NCBI RefSeq assembly: GCF_964204645.1
Contig: NC_134034.1
Span: 7,948,962 to 8,012,961 of the forward strand
Length of the DNA: 64,000 nt
DNA from: Tubulanus polymorphus
Taxonomy: Eukaryota; Animalia; Nemertea
Direction: 5' to 3'
Shown: in pieces, positions 13,301 through 28,300 of the stretch
Position numbering within the stretch: the first letter of the stretch is position 1
Layout: every line of letters starts with the position of its first letter
The notes under the pieces: model-generated
Database searches by the model: none
What the model saw: the letters and a program-made list of their open reading frames with translations, nothing else
What the model was told of the DNA's origin: nothing
Translations under genes and position numbers: made by a program

Positions 13301-16300
13301 ATCAAAAATAAAAATTGTCGTTTCGTTTTGAGAGTTTTATATAAATCCTTGTAGGTCACCTAGTCAATCATGCCACATGTATGCAATACAGAGAAATGGC
13401 GAAATTTGTGGAGGAATTAATTAATTTCTCAAAAATAATGTTGATTAATCGCTCGAAACATACATAAAATTGGATTATTTCAAAAGGTACCTGTGTTAGT
13501 TTGTGATTTAGGCCTAAGCCATTAATTGTGGACTGAAGTGAATAGAAATTTTAGAGTATATTTTTGAAGTGTTACTTTTTTCAACCGTGTTTTGGCCCTT
13601 GTCATCCCTAACGTTGGTATAAGCTCATCCGATAATAAAAAGCTTACCACCAACGATTAGGTATCTAACTAATATATAGTAGGCCTATAAGAGAAGGAGA
13701 GAGATAGAGAGATGTAGGAGACAGGTAAACAGGCAGACAGTTGAGGGAGAGAGAGAGGGAGAGCTATGTGGCGAGACAGACACAGACAGGTAAACAGGCA
13801 GACAGTTGTGGAGGGAGGGAGAGAGGGAAGGCGACAGCCACAGACAGGTAAATAGGGTGTACAGGTAGACAGTTGACTGTATATCTGTATGTGATCAGAT
13901 CAGTTATATTTAAGTTGACAAGGTAGACAGGTAGAATGATAGATATATCGCGGCCCCCACACCAACGGTTTTTATGGTTTAGGCGCTCTATAAAAGGTCG
14001 AGCGGGTCCCCGAAATGTGGTTGCGCGGAGGCCCCGGACCCCTGGAATGGCCGCGCGACAAACAGTCGGGTTCTGCAAACATGGGTCTATGGTCCATTTT
14101 TAAGTACCGTACACTTAGATAAGGCCCTACCCTTGAGAAGGTTCAGAGCCCTAAGGACTATTAAGGGTCGCCCGACAAGTTTTCAGGAGGTCGCTTTTCA
14201 GGTGTATTTTCGCGTATATTTGACACTCACTTTGGCGGTCTGGGCAGGACCCGTCCAGACCCACCGGACACCCGCGCGCAGGGTTTTAATGGCTTTACAC
14301 TTACTATAGGGTCGCTTCTAAATACCCGACAAGTTTCAGAATCCTAGGCCCTCACTAAAGGGTCCTCCGAACCCCGAAAGTTTGTTGCGCGACAAAGTTT
14401 CTCGCTCCACAACCAAGGGTCTAGGGCCCTTTTTAAGCTTTGTACACCAGACTAGACCCTCCCCAAGAAATTTCAGAGCCCTAGGGCCACTATTAAGGTC
14501 GCACGAGAAGTAGGCGTAAGAAGTGGGTCACTTTTCAGGTCTCGACTTAAGTGCATTTTCGCGTATATTAGATGCTCATTTTCACGGTCTGGGCAAGGCC
14601 CGCCCAGACCTAACAGGCCCCCCGGTGTTATGCCACACTGAACGCCCAGAGCTTTAATGGTGCTACACGTACTATAGGACCCCTTCTAAATACACGAGAA
14701 GTTTCAGAGCCTTAGGCCCTCTCTAAAGGGTCCTCCGATCCCCCTCGAAAAGTGGTATGGCCGCGTGGTAATTATTCTCGCTAGCCTCCGCGACCAAGGG
14801 TCTAGGGCCCTTTTTTCTACGATGTAATACATTTTTGGTTCGAAGAATGAGAACCTAAGCTATCGTCAAGTTGCAGTCATGAAGTCACGAGACAGGATCG
14901 GAAGATTTTTTTTTCAGGTTGAGTGATACGCCTCAATGAAATAGGTCCACATACGTAATTCGCTTGTCTTAAGAATATCATAATTATCATGATAGATATA
15001 TTCAAATACTCTGAATAATATCATTTTCTAAAATCATGCATAATGAATGCCGATTTAGCGGGTGGTTAAAACAAATCATTACATCTACTCGCGCATAAAT
15101 ACACCATCAATGCTGAGCGCCAGTACTCGTACGTACAGCCATACACACGTTGATGCCGACACCGGGTTCCACTTCAAAAGAACAAAATATTAGAAATATT
15201 TGTGATCCGATTTACACCAAATAAACCTTTAAAGTAAGGTATTTAGCATCGGATATTGTGCCAAAAATTCTAGATTGATACACAACATAATTTTTCAAGT
15301 AAGCGCATTTTTAGTGTAAACCAATTATGTTGATTGACAGGCAGGCTCAGCTGCGCGCCTCACTTTATCGATATCGTCAGATGTAAACAATAACATTACC
15401 ACGTGCGCAATGCAAATGGATAACAAATTGAATTTTTTTTAACAAACTTCTCTAATGGAATATCAATTTCTTTTCATAATTTGCCTTTCTTTTATGTGAT
15501 TTATAATTTGTACATCAGACTTTGCTTCTTCAAACCCCAGGACTTTGAAGTCCTCTTGTTCGACATTATAATTAACTACTGTTTTTAAATCGCGACTTCT
15601 GAACTTTTTCGTATAGGCCTATTTCACGCTCATTTTTTCGATTTGGACAGAGGGCGCTGCTGTCCACTGGAACACCGTGTTTAGGGTTTCAATAGTTCAA
15701 TCTCGAATCTATAAGGCCCCGTCTATAAACCCAAGGAGTTTCAGAGCTCCAGATATACTGTTAAGGGTCGGGCGGACCCCTGAAAATGGTTCCAAAGAGG
15801 TCTGGACTTTTCACGGATTCTTGACTTGGTCAATTTCGCTAAAATCGGTTATCCTTAAACTAAGTCTACCACAGTTTTGACCATCTCAATACATTCCCCT
15901 GAGATGAAAACAACCTCTCAAGGGTTCTGGGCACTTCGCCCCGGATAAGGGGGTCACTAGGGGGCGGGTTAGTCGATTTTGGGACCTAGGCCAAGACTTT
16001 GGGCTTGCAATGTGGCTCTGTTTCAAGGACTAAACAAGTTCTGATACTTGGAAAGGATAGAGGAAGACTCGCCCCATAAAAGTGCCTAATAACACTTGCA
16101 ACGTCATTAATGATAATCTTAATAATCATGTTTTAAACTTGGTACTAGAGGCCACACAATGGTACTAGAGGCTATAGGTACCAAAGGCCACAGCTAAAGG
16201 CCATTGGTACCTTTGAGTGTTGGCCTGTGGTGCCCATGATGGCTTTTAGTACCAGTCGGATGGCCTCTGGTACCTCGAGTACATTACCCTAACCCTAACC

Positions 16301-19300
16301 CAGGTCCCATTATATGAAATGGGATCTCGGGACCAATAGCTTATATTTATATTAGTTAATTCCGTAAATTTTGGGATTCGAATCCGAAATATTTTTGTTT
16401 CATTATTAACAATGAACAAGTATTGTGACTATACGGTAGACACATGCAATTTGTGTTTTATATTCCGTACACTCTGGGATTCGAACAAAATATATTTATA
16501 TTTGTTAATTCCGTAAATTGATAATTCCGATCTCATATGGGATTTGAACCGAATTTCATTATTAACAATGAAAAAGTATTGTGACTAAACGACAGGTAGA
16601 CACATGCTATTTATGTGTTTACTGTAAAACTATTGTCAGCCTGTCTACCATTCGGTAAAGAGGATGACCGAATTACCGCCATAAACATGCGCCAGCTGCA
16701 CTATTTCGACTTATATCGGACTTGGGCCAAAAAGGGCATCAACTTTGAAAAGGGCGAGCGAGTTTGAGTTAGAGTGCCATTCATCGACATGCCACTAAAT
16801 TTGCCTTCACATTCAATTTGCTTGTGCTCTTTTAGATTTTTGGCGAAATTTGCCCTTTTTTATTAAATTTATAGAGCAACAATAATATCTCTTTTAGAAT
16901 AGTGCCTTTTGAGTAAGAAAAAATTGCCTTAGATTGCATTCTATGATTTTGGGCAATTTATTTCATTCACATTTGCTTTAGGCCTAATGTCTATTTCAAC
17001 TTGACTAGAGAGCATTCCGGGTGGCCTAGCTCGGCTCATTTTTGGTAGTACATACCAAGCCCGTTGCGAGCAGTAAAATAGTGTAGCGGCCATTGGACCA
17101 GATAGATGCCTTTTAATAAGAAAAGCTAAATTATAATCTAACTTTTTGTTTGCATATCACATGTAGGCCTAGCCTAATATTCTTCATATAGGTATGATAT
17201 GATATGTACAAGTGCGCACCATAGAAGAATTTTTAGTTCATTTTGGGAATAATCCTGTCATGTGGCAAATTCAATCTGATTGAATTTTTACACTATAAAC
17301 TCTTCAGAGTCTGATTACCTTTAGTTATCCAGGGGCGTAGCCACCTAAAATTCAATGGTGCGACAGTCCGGAGCGCCAAAGGCGCGGGCGGTGTCTAGAA
17401 GGGGGGTTTGGAACATTAAAACACCTGAGATGCGTTCAGATGGCTATTAGAGCTCATATTTGGTTAATTTTTCTGTAGATAATATAATGCCTCTAAGGTT
17501 ATCTTTGGTCTAGGGACGCATCCAGATGTTTCACCATCCCAGAGTGGTTTCTGAGTCCTGCTGAACTGGAAGGGCAACTATATCATAGCACAAAACGGTG
17601 GACCTGGGGGCATTCCCCCAGAAAATTTTGATTTTTCAAGGCTCTGAGATGCAATCATTAAGCATATTTGGGGCATAAAGTCTATCCCCCTTGAAGTTAA
17701 ATATTATCGTTTAAATTCATTTAGACCATTTTCTATACTACTTCCAGAATACTTGCCCGGAATAAAACATTCATGTTAGTACAAGAGCCTGTCAAAATCA
17801 TGAACTAGAAAAATAGAAGTGCAAACATGATTACCCCTCAATACAAGTGGTAGGCTAGATCTGCCCTTGACCATTCATTGATGAATAGTAAACTTATGTT
17901 AGCTTATTGTACATCAATACCGGTACTCTCTCGATTTTCTCGGTTATCATGTCTCGGCACTTGAGCAGAATTTTTTTGGTCAAATCCCTTATTATGGTCC
18001 ATTTTTCATGAACAAAAAACACGAAATCTACCTTCAGAAATTATCTTGATTGGCCAAAAAAGTGTAGAGGCCATGGCCGGAATCAAGGGACTGGGTATGT
18101 ACGTGGGATACCCTTGTATAAAGTGGCTGGGATTGAGGGGCTGACTGGTGCATGGATTACCCAAGTATACACAGTGGCTGAGATCGAGGGGCTGTGCGTG
18201 GATTACCCTTATACAAAGTGGCTGGTATCGAGGGGGCTGGGTATGTGCGTGGATTACCCTTAAACAAAGTGGCTGGGATCGAGGGGCTGGGTGTGCGTGG
18301 ATTACCATTATATAAAGTGGTTAGGATTGAGGGACAGGGTTTTTCGAATCCCGCTTTATGCTTATATTTTCTCTAACTCGATTATCCACACTTTCCTTGA
18401 TGCGTGGCGTCAATGAGCCAATCAGAACGCGCCATTGGCAAAATGGCATTAACAGGAATTACGCGCATTGGCAAAATATCACCTGCCTAAAATTAACTCT
18501 ACTTTGATTAGAGGCTTAGCTTCTGCTACTAACCTACTGTTGAAGTGTTTGACAAATTCTTCTCACCTGGTTGTCTCTGCATGGCGCCAAACTGTCTGAG
18601 ATCCTTTCCTCATAGTAGCCTAAGTGACAATGTCAATCATTCTCATACAGACACTCGCGATCACCTAAGTAATGTCTCCATTTATTGGACATTTCTCTTA
18701 ATCTTTTGAACCATTTGCACCATTTGGTTGACCAACCAGTGAAACTGCTTCTTAATAAATAAACCATTGTTTTGATATCCATTTTAAAATGTATAGAAGC
18801 CACAGGGGCGGATTCAAGGGGAGCAGGGGAGCACTCCCCTCACAATTTCAAGGCACCCCTAAAAAAACCTTTTCAAAATTTCAAAATACTTTTTTAAGTT
18901 TATTTTTAGCTCCGCTGTGACAAGGTCAGCGGAGCTAATGGGTTAGGGGGTGAAAAACGTCGTTCGTCCGTCCGTCCATCCGTTGGTTCGTTCATGCGTC
19001 TGTCAACTTTTCCTTCAAATCGCTACTAGTCCTACAGTTATAATCGGATCAATTCCAAATTTGGTATGAATGTTCTATGGACCAAGGCCTATAAAGTTAC
19101 AGAGCCATTTTTTTGATTCGTCCCCCATGTGCATTTTAAAATCGAAGTAGGGGCCTATACACACTGTATTGCAAGAAGACCCATAGACATTGAGTAATGG
19201 AGGAATTTTTGTCATAACTTCTGTCATATTTGTCATAACTTCTGTGTCCGGTCCTACCTCAGAAAAATTGTTTTGGTCCCATGAGATCTGAGGTAAGCGA

Positions 19301-22300
19301 GTTCTACATGAAATTACATTTATTAGGACTATAGACCAAAACAGTTATTTCAAATATATAATAGACACTGGATTAACAGAGTATCGTTTTTACGCTACCA
19401 TCAACTCTGATGCCCCTGTGATAGAATTTAATTCAAAATGGCGGCACTGATAGATTGTTTGTCGGGTCGCTCTACAAACTCGGACCATTTTTAGTATAAT
19501 TTGGAAGCTATGAAAAACTTCATTACAAGTGGTATAAAGATCAGAGATCGTCAAATTAAAGCGTGCAAAGTTGACGAATTGATTGATATAACGAACATAA
19601 CTATTAAAGACGCACCGGTTGAGCTTTCGGATATGTTCATTATTAATCAGCTACAAAAGTATGGCAACGTAGTAACCGGTTCACTGCGAAGAGGCAAAAT
19701 TAAAGACACGGAAATTTTAACGGATCTATCTATGCGAAACTGTCAAACGTAAAAAAACATTATACCCGTGGAGACTAAGTTTGGAAGATTTGAAGTAAGA
19801 CTTTTTTGCGACAATAACAAAACACAGTGCAAACATTGCGGTGACACTGATCACCCATATTTCAGACGTTTACTGAAAACTAGAAAACTTTGTTTCAAGT
19901 GTTAATCAGCTGATCATATGGCTAATGATTGTCTGTATGGCATAATTTGTTACCATTGTCGTGAAGATGGTAAAAAAAAATCTGAATGCCGAAAAATTCG
20001 AAAAATTCAATAACGATTGAATTACGATATAGACGAAAATAGTATCAGTGATCACCAGTCAGACACAATTCAAAACTCAGCGCAAGTTGAATTTACAACA
20101 ACGCCTCTTGTTGACAATCCGACCGTGGATTACCTGATCATAGGAGACTCTAACTGCAGGCGCCTTATATTCACTGACCTGCCCAGTATTATTCATGTTG
20201 ACAGTTTGCCAGGCGCAACCGCTCATGGTATTGATCAACAATTACTCAAGCTTAACCCGAAATTAGACAGTAGCCTTGTAAAACGTGTTATTTGTCATTT
20301 AGGAACAAATGACATTTTTTTAAACAAGGACGATAATGATCAAACTATTCTCGACTTATCCAAAGCTACAAATACACTACTTACTAGATTTCCAAATTCT
20401 GAAATTCATGTATCCAGTATCCTCCCCCGTAGAGGACGGAGCAAGACAATAATGGCACTTAATGAATCTGCCACGGCCATCAATAACTATTTAAAAAAAC
20501 TGTGTAATAGCGACGAAAGACTATTTTATATCGACAATGATGAAAAGTTCCGCCCTAACCAAGCTGGTGTTACACGAGCCCTCTTCGATTCCATGGATAA
20601 GAGTGGAGTTCATTTAGGAATAGACGGAGCCAAAGAACTGACAGCCACATTTCTGAATGCATTTGCTTTACTGTCGGGTAGAAACAAGAAAAGATCTCAT
20701 AGTCAGACGTCACCTGCTATCATCAGTCCCAGTTGTAGCCAACTGACTAAAAAGGACAGGATTATTTCTGGTGACTCACCTGTTACTGCAGTTTGAGGTC
20801 TATTCTTATCTATCAGTCTATGACTAACAATCCATCTAATAATTGTCAGTATTTTGATGAAAATAACTTTGAATTCGATAAAAGTCAATTTTCAATTTGC
20901 ACTTTTAATATCCGAAGATGCAACAAAAATTTTGATTCTTTCACTGACTACATCAATTGTATAAAATCCGATTTTTCTATCATAGGACTTACTGAGACTT
21001 GGAGTAATGATAATGCCCATAACAATAATCTTTATAAACTACCTGGCTACAATAGTATTTTTAAAAGCCGCTCGAATGATGTAAAGGGTGGTGGCGTTGC
21101 CCTTTATTTCAAAGATGATTACCAATCTATAATACGCCCAGATCTTGCTGGTAAGAATGAGGTATTTGAATCTCTCTTTTTTGAAATTATTTGTAAGAGT
21201 AAAAAGAATAAGATTATTGGTATTATATACAGACCTCCGGGGCTAAATCTACTTTTTTAGTTGAATTTAATTTACTATTAGACAAGCTAAATAGGGAAAG
21301 AAAAGATTGTTATTTGATTGGTGATTTTAACATTGATTTACTTCAATCAGAAGTTCATAAACCTACTGAATCATTTCTAGATAATCTGATAGCTTCATCC
21401 TTTTACCCACTTATTGATAAACCAACCAGGGTGACCAATAATTCATCCAGTCTAATTGACAATATTTTTTGTAATAATGTTGAAAATGTATTTAACTCGG
21501 GCATATTATGTACAGATATTTCTGATCATTTTCCAATTTTCACAATGTTTGATCAACGTATACGTGTCTGCAATAATTGTACTTACTCAACTAGAAACTT
21601 TAGTGATCATAATATTGATAGATTCTATAGGAGCCTAATAGCGTGTGATTGGTCGGCTATTTATAATGAAAATGACCCACAAAGGTCTTATACTGTATTT
21701 ATTTCTAAATTTACTCATTTATATGATACATGCTTTCCATTTATCAAACGCATGAACGCAAAAACCAATAAGTCTTAACCCTGGTTAACTACGGGCTTGT
21801 TAAACTCTATTAAATATAAAAATCACTTATATAGGAAAACACTTTATAATTCAGATATTGCTTTTAAATCCCGTTATTTAGAATATAAGCGATTATTATC
21901 ACGTTTATTAAAAACTGTTGAAAAAGGTTACTATGATACTCAGTTATTTGGTGTAAAGAATGATATGAAAGCTACGTGGAAAATCTTAACGACAGTTATT
22001 GGAAGTAACTCCGTCAAAGAACAACAATTAGCTTCCTTTAAGCTAAACAACGTAACTGTCAGTGGTAGTTTAAACATTGCAAATGAGTTTAATACTTTTT
22101 TTGTTAACATCGGACATCGTTTAGAAAATATGATCCCCGAGTCTGAAAAACATTTCAGTTTTTAGCTCGGCTGTGACCGAAGGTCAGCGGAGCTGATGGG
22201 TTAGGGGGTTCGTCGTCGTCCGTCCGTCCGTCCGTCCGTCCGTCCGTCCGGTGTTCGGTGTCCGGCGTCAACTTTTTCTTTATATCCCTACTAGTCCTAC

Positions 22301-25300
22301 AGTTCTGATGGGATCTTGATGAAACTTGGTATGAATGATCTATGGGGGAGTGCCTACAAAAGTACAGAGCCATAATTTTGATTTTGCATAAATTATGCAA
22401 ATTAGGGCTATTTTTAGATTTTCACTAAAATCGCTACTCCTCCATCGATTTTCAGCGGATTTCAATCAAACTTAGTATGAATGATCTATGGGGGAGTGCC
22501 TACAAAAGTACAGAGCCATATTTTTGATTTTGCATAAATTATGCAAATTAGGGCTATTTTTAGATTTTCACTTAAATCGCTACTTCTACTTCAGTTTTCA
22601 GTAGATATCAACCAAACTTGGTACGAATGATGTATGGGGGAGTGCCTACAAAAGTATAGAGCCATACTTTTGATTTTGCATAAATTATGCAAATTAGGGC
22701 TATTTTTAGATTTTCACTTAAATTGCTACTTCTACTCCAGTTTTCAGTAGATTTCAACCAAACTTCATATGAATGATCTATTGGGGAGTGCCTACAAAAG
22801 TATAGAGCCATATTTTTGATTTTGCATAAATTATGCAAATTAGGCCTTTTTTAGATTTTCCTTTCAATCGCTACTCCTCCAATTTTCAGCGGATTTCAAA
22901 CTTAGTATGAATGTTTTTATAGGGGATTGTCTAAACCAGTATAGAGCCATATTCTAGATTATGCATAAATCTTGCAAATTAGGGATAATTTTTTTAGATT
23001 TTCACTTAAATCGCTACACCTTCTTCAGTTTTTATCAAATTTGAATTAAACTTTTTATGAATGATCTATGGGATGATGCCTACATAAGTATAGAGGATGT
23101 TTTGCAAATTAGTTCTATTTATAGATTTATCTTGTTAAATGACTGCTTCTTTGGTTTTCAAACCGAACTTGGTATAAATGAACAATGGATGGGAGAGCCA
23201 TATACTATAGCCTACTTCATTTGCAATAGTTTTTCAATTTCTAAAACTTTTGTGCTATAATATCGGTATAATTAAATTCAAATGCCTTTTATCGTAAGTA
23301 AGGATACAAGATGGACTGCAAGTTGGACCATTCAGCATTGCCATTATTTGAAGTAAGTTTCTGAAGTTGTCCTGAGAGCGTATTAAGCCTACACTAGTTT
23401 TATTCTTCCTCCAGGGGGCGCCCCTGGGGGTGGAGTTTCTATTTCTTCAAATTGCTATTAGTCCTACAGTTTTAATCAGATCAAGTCGAAATTTGGTATG
23501 AATGTTCTATGGACCAATACCTACTAAGTACAGAGCCCTTTTTGGATTTGGCCAAAAGCGGGCACCCCTAGGTATGCAGGTTCCATTTCTTCAAATCACA
23601 CAGCGGAGCTATATAAGCCGATAGGCTCCTTGTTATTTAAATCGTCCTAATAATGAGAACTTCTTTTTCTTCCCAACAAACTCGCTAGAAATTGATGAAA
23701 TAGTACATAAATTCTCTGGAAATAAAGGTATTGGCATTGACGGGATCTCTATGAAAATAGTTAAAAGAATTATTGATGTTATTAAATATCCACTTACTCA
23801 TATATTCAACAATAGCCTTCATTCTGGAGTGGTCCCTGCTGAACTCAAAATTGCTCGGGTGTGCCCTCTGTATAAAAAAGGTGAATGCGATTCCTTTGAC
23901 AATTATCGACCCTTATCTGTTTTACCATGTTTTTCTAAGATACTAGAAAAACTCGTTCATAAACGTTTAGTCGCTTTTTGTGATAAATTTGAAATTATTG
24001 ATCATAACCAATTTGGATTTAGGAAAAATTACTCAACATCAATGGCATTAACTCGTATATCTGATGAAATAGCAGCCAATATTGACGAAAGAAAAACAAC
24101 GATTGGAATATTTTTGGATTTGTCTAAAGCTTTCGACACAGTAAATAACCATATTCTTTTGCATAAACTTAATCATTAGGGTATTAAAGGCACAGCGCTT
24201 AATTGGTTTCAAAATTACTTAGAAGGTCGCAAACAAATAGTCCAGATTAAAGATACCAATTCTACCGCTTTAGATATTGATTTTGGAGTACCACAGGGCT
24301 CCATTTTAGGTCCATTACTATTTATACTATATATAAACGACTGTACTCGTGCATCTGATATCCTAAAGTTAATTTTATTTGCTGATGATACGAATGCTTT
24401 CTATAGTAATCATCTCGTTGACCGCCTGATAAAAACGATCAATACTGAACTTTCGAAACTAGTTGTTTGGTTTTGTGCCAACAAGTTATCAATTAATATT
24501 AGTAAAACTTACTATATTATATTTAGTAAAACTTTTGTTGGTAATACAAAGATTTATATCGATGATCGTGAAATTGAACGTGTCCACACTACCAATTTTT
24601 TGGGGGTTTTAATAGATGAAAAACTGTCATGGGATGATCACATAAAATCTGTATGTAAAAAAGTGTCACGTTGTGTTGGCGTTCTTCATCGTGTTAAACA
24701 GATGTTGTCTTCCAATTCTTTACGTACCTTGTATTTATCCTTAATAGACCCATATCTTCAATATTGTAACATTGTTTGGGGAAGAACTTCTGATTATAAA
24801 CTGCATCCATTAACAATTCTACAAAAACGTGCTGTCCGTTTGGTCAGCAAATCCCATTATTTAGACCACACTGATCCAATTATTGCTCGGTTAAATATTC
24901 TTAAAATTAAGAATATTAACAAACTCCAACAAGCTATTTTTGTACATAAATTCGTCAATTCAAAATTGCCTAGGACCTTTCACAACTATTGGAACTTCAA
25001 TTATCAAATTCATAGTAAACCTACGCGTAATAGATTTAGAATTAGATTGCCTTATTTTAGAACTGTAACTAGAAAATCTTCTGTCAAAATATCCGGTCCC
25101 CTATTATGAAATACTCTATCTGAATCAATTCAAACTATTCAAAGCGAACCTGCCTTTAAGTGTACCTACATTAAATCATTATTCAACACTTTGTAAATTT
25201 TCATTCTATACAAACCTATGTTAATGTGTAATATGTAAAACTTTTTTTTTCTTTTCGCCTGTTAATTACTTGTGTGCATGATGTGTGAGTGTGATGAATG

Positions 25301-28300
25301 TGGTGTGGATGCTTCTGGGTGATACGGCTTAGATAGACTGTTTCAGTCTCTCCGTGTAGCCCCATTATCCTGTTACATTTTTCTTTGTCTAATCATACTT
25401 ATTATAACGTTCAATAATGTAACATCATAATGAAAATAAATTTCAATTTCAATAGCAGCATTCCAAAAACTCCTTATTTTCCCAAGATGAAAAGTGAAAA
25501 GATCAGCCTTTTTTTAAACTTTAAAGCATTTTGTTTCCTGTGACTGTGTTGTTTCAAACTGATTTGAAAAAAATTTTAAATGGTAGGCATGAAAACATAT
25601 TGTTGAAATTGATTTCGTCCATAATGGAGTCTCTTTAAATCTCTGATTCAAATGAGTTGAGTAGATTACTTCTTATGCTTCTTAATCTAGGATGTTATGA
25701 CAGTTTTTGGTTTACCTTTGTCAGCAGTATGAGGTTGGCATTGAGCCAATTCATGTAAAATCGCTGTACGTTTTTTTTATGTGAGCATTTTTTTCATTGG
25801 TTCTCGGGTTAAGCGACGTATAATCGATGCGATTGAAGACATGACGAACCTCCGTCGATGACATGGTCAACTTTGTTTAAATTCGACGAAAAACTGTTTT
25901 TGGCGGGAAAATTCTTAGCTCTTGCGTATAAAATTGCAATGACCTCGATTGGGAGGCGTCGTCTCTACGAGCGAATGTGATTGGCTGTTTTTGGGATATA
26001 CGGGGAATTCCGGCGCTACTAAAATAATTATGGGAAAGCCATTGATGGCGAACGTTTCATTGGACTAGGTGCCTTATATGTGCGAATTTCAAGTGCTCAT
26101 TGCTGGTGAGAATATAATCATTTCACATATCGCCATAGGTATTGTTTTATTTTAATACCTGGTGAATGTGTTGATTGAGATTGAAGTGAAGCGGAAGTTC
26201 ACTTTACGTCAAGGCCTCCACGTGCGCATAAGTAATAACATTAGATTGTTGCGCACACAAACACACGCTCATACAGACTAACTTCTATATGGTAACTTCT
26301 ATATGGTGATGCTGTAGCGCTGCTTGGCACGTGCATGTTTGGTATGATAACAGGCTGAATAATTGTCGTAGCAGATGAGCGCTGTGTTTTCTGTTTGATA
26401 GAATTTGTAATAAATTCCAATTTCTTGTGACCTGAAAATACTAAGCAGCAAACTATAGGTATAGGCCGAGGTCTGAATATTGTAGTGGTAAATTCCAGGA
26501 TTTAAAACGATCTAATACTACGCCCCGGTTTTAGCTTCCGCGGCCATACATTTGAAAAGGTTTCGTTTCCAAGACTCAATATCCAGCCACCCTCTGTGAC
26601 ATCATATGAATTTTATTTGAATATTTTTTCATATTGTGAAAAATATTTCTTTGAAAATATAAAATAGTTTCCAATGCCTCGCCTATCTGTACCCTACAAA
26701 ATTTTGGACGTAGACCATAAACAAATGTTTATCTTTGGTCTAATTTGACTACAAAATAATAAGATACAATATAAACTTCTAGAACTTTGAAGTCACGAAT
26801 TGAAAAGATTTATCAAGCAATGCCCTTACTCCAAACAACCTCTAGCTTTCAAGGTAAACCGCACATTGCCCATGGGCAATTTATTAGTATTTAAAAGCCC
26901 TTTTGTTATTCCCTTCTTGATTCATTATTAGGTTTATCCCAGTGAACGGCTCATCTGGTATTCATTAAAGGGCAAAATGCTATGAAAATTGTACTCTCCG
27001 CGATTTCTTAACCAGAAGAAGGTAACTAACGACCTGATATCTGTCTGCTCGAAAAAAATATCTCTAATAAGCGGTGAATTAGTCATTTGTTTAACCTTCA
27101 CTGTGCGTATAGTTCACATAGCAGTGCTGTTTATGATGTTATGTAGGCCTATGACAATCAAAGACAGGCACTTTAGCGCCCTATGCATTAGCCTAGATGT
27201 AAAATCGATGATATAAACATTGGGTGTTCACTGTATTCACAGACTAACGGATTTTCTCACCCTGGTAGAGCAGGCTGGCATTCACTTTGATTTTAAGCAA
27301 AATCGTGCGCCAGCTCTTTTGCCTCAGCGCTCTGCAAATAACATGCATAGCTATAATTGGGTATAGGTCCAGGGATGAAACCTATCAACAATTAGCTTTC
27401 TGGCTCATCGGACATCTTAAATTTTTAATACACTCTCAAACCTGCCAACCTATCTGGTTTTTTCATATGGGTGTGACATTGGCTTTCGTGTGCGGCATTA
27501 TGGTAACTCTCTATTTAGTAAAGTCTTGAATAGAATTCTGAGCCACAATAAAGTATTTGACTCAATAGTGGGCCTACAGCAGTGGAATGCCATTGCTGCT
27601 ATTCATCTTATCAACAGTTTTTATCAACAGCATTGTGTTCATTATTTTGTCATAGTTTTGTCTTTCAACACCTCTTTTCTGAGTTCACTCAAGGATTTCA
27701 GTACTGTGTACTCACACAAGGATTTCAGTACAGTACTAAGCGTTCATACTTGGAAATTTTTCGAGGCCTATTTGGGGCTTATTCAGTCCTGTACTGATAC
27801 GCGGCTTAAGCGCGGAATGTGATTCGGCGCCGAAAACCCGATCTTGGTACGAAACTTAGCTGGCCGCATATTTTCTGTAGTGAACGCAGACTCGGCCCTC
27901 CTCTCTGTCTGCACACCGGGTGACTGACTACTATACGAGCATCTTCATAGTGAGTGCCAAATTGCAGACTATTTTGATGAATTCGGCACCAGCGAAGTAT
28001 GGTACGTCAAAAGTGCCGAATCTAGTGTGAACGCGGCTTATTCTATTATTTTACACAGCACTGAGCACTCAATAATTTGTAATTGCTGTGAATAGTCTAC
28101 ACACAGTAAGCTAGGCCCTATGTCACGTTGAATTTGTATGGGGTGGTAGCCGGGAACTAGTCAGGTAGAACGATCTAAAATAATAACACAAGTATATGGG
28201 CACAATATGATTTCTGGATGACGAACTGCTTTATTTTGCGACCAAGTCGAGAATCTTTCATAAAATACAATATCATAATACTATTAAATCGTACACCTTA

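Noticed and set aside
16286-16301. Telomere-like (CCCTAA)n (also ~58283)
   Set aside because: Only 2-3 units; a common motif inside invertebrate repeats.
22320-23200. CRISPR-like regular repeats (also 41800-42545 and 18085-18338)
   Set aside because: Whole units repeat with no unique spacers, there are no cas genes, and the context is eukaryotic.
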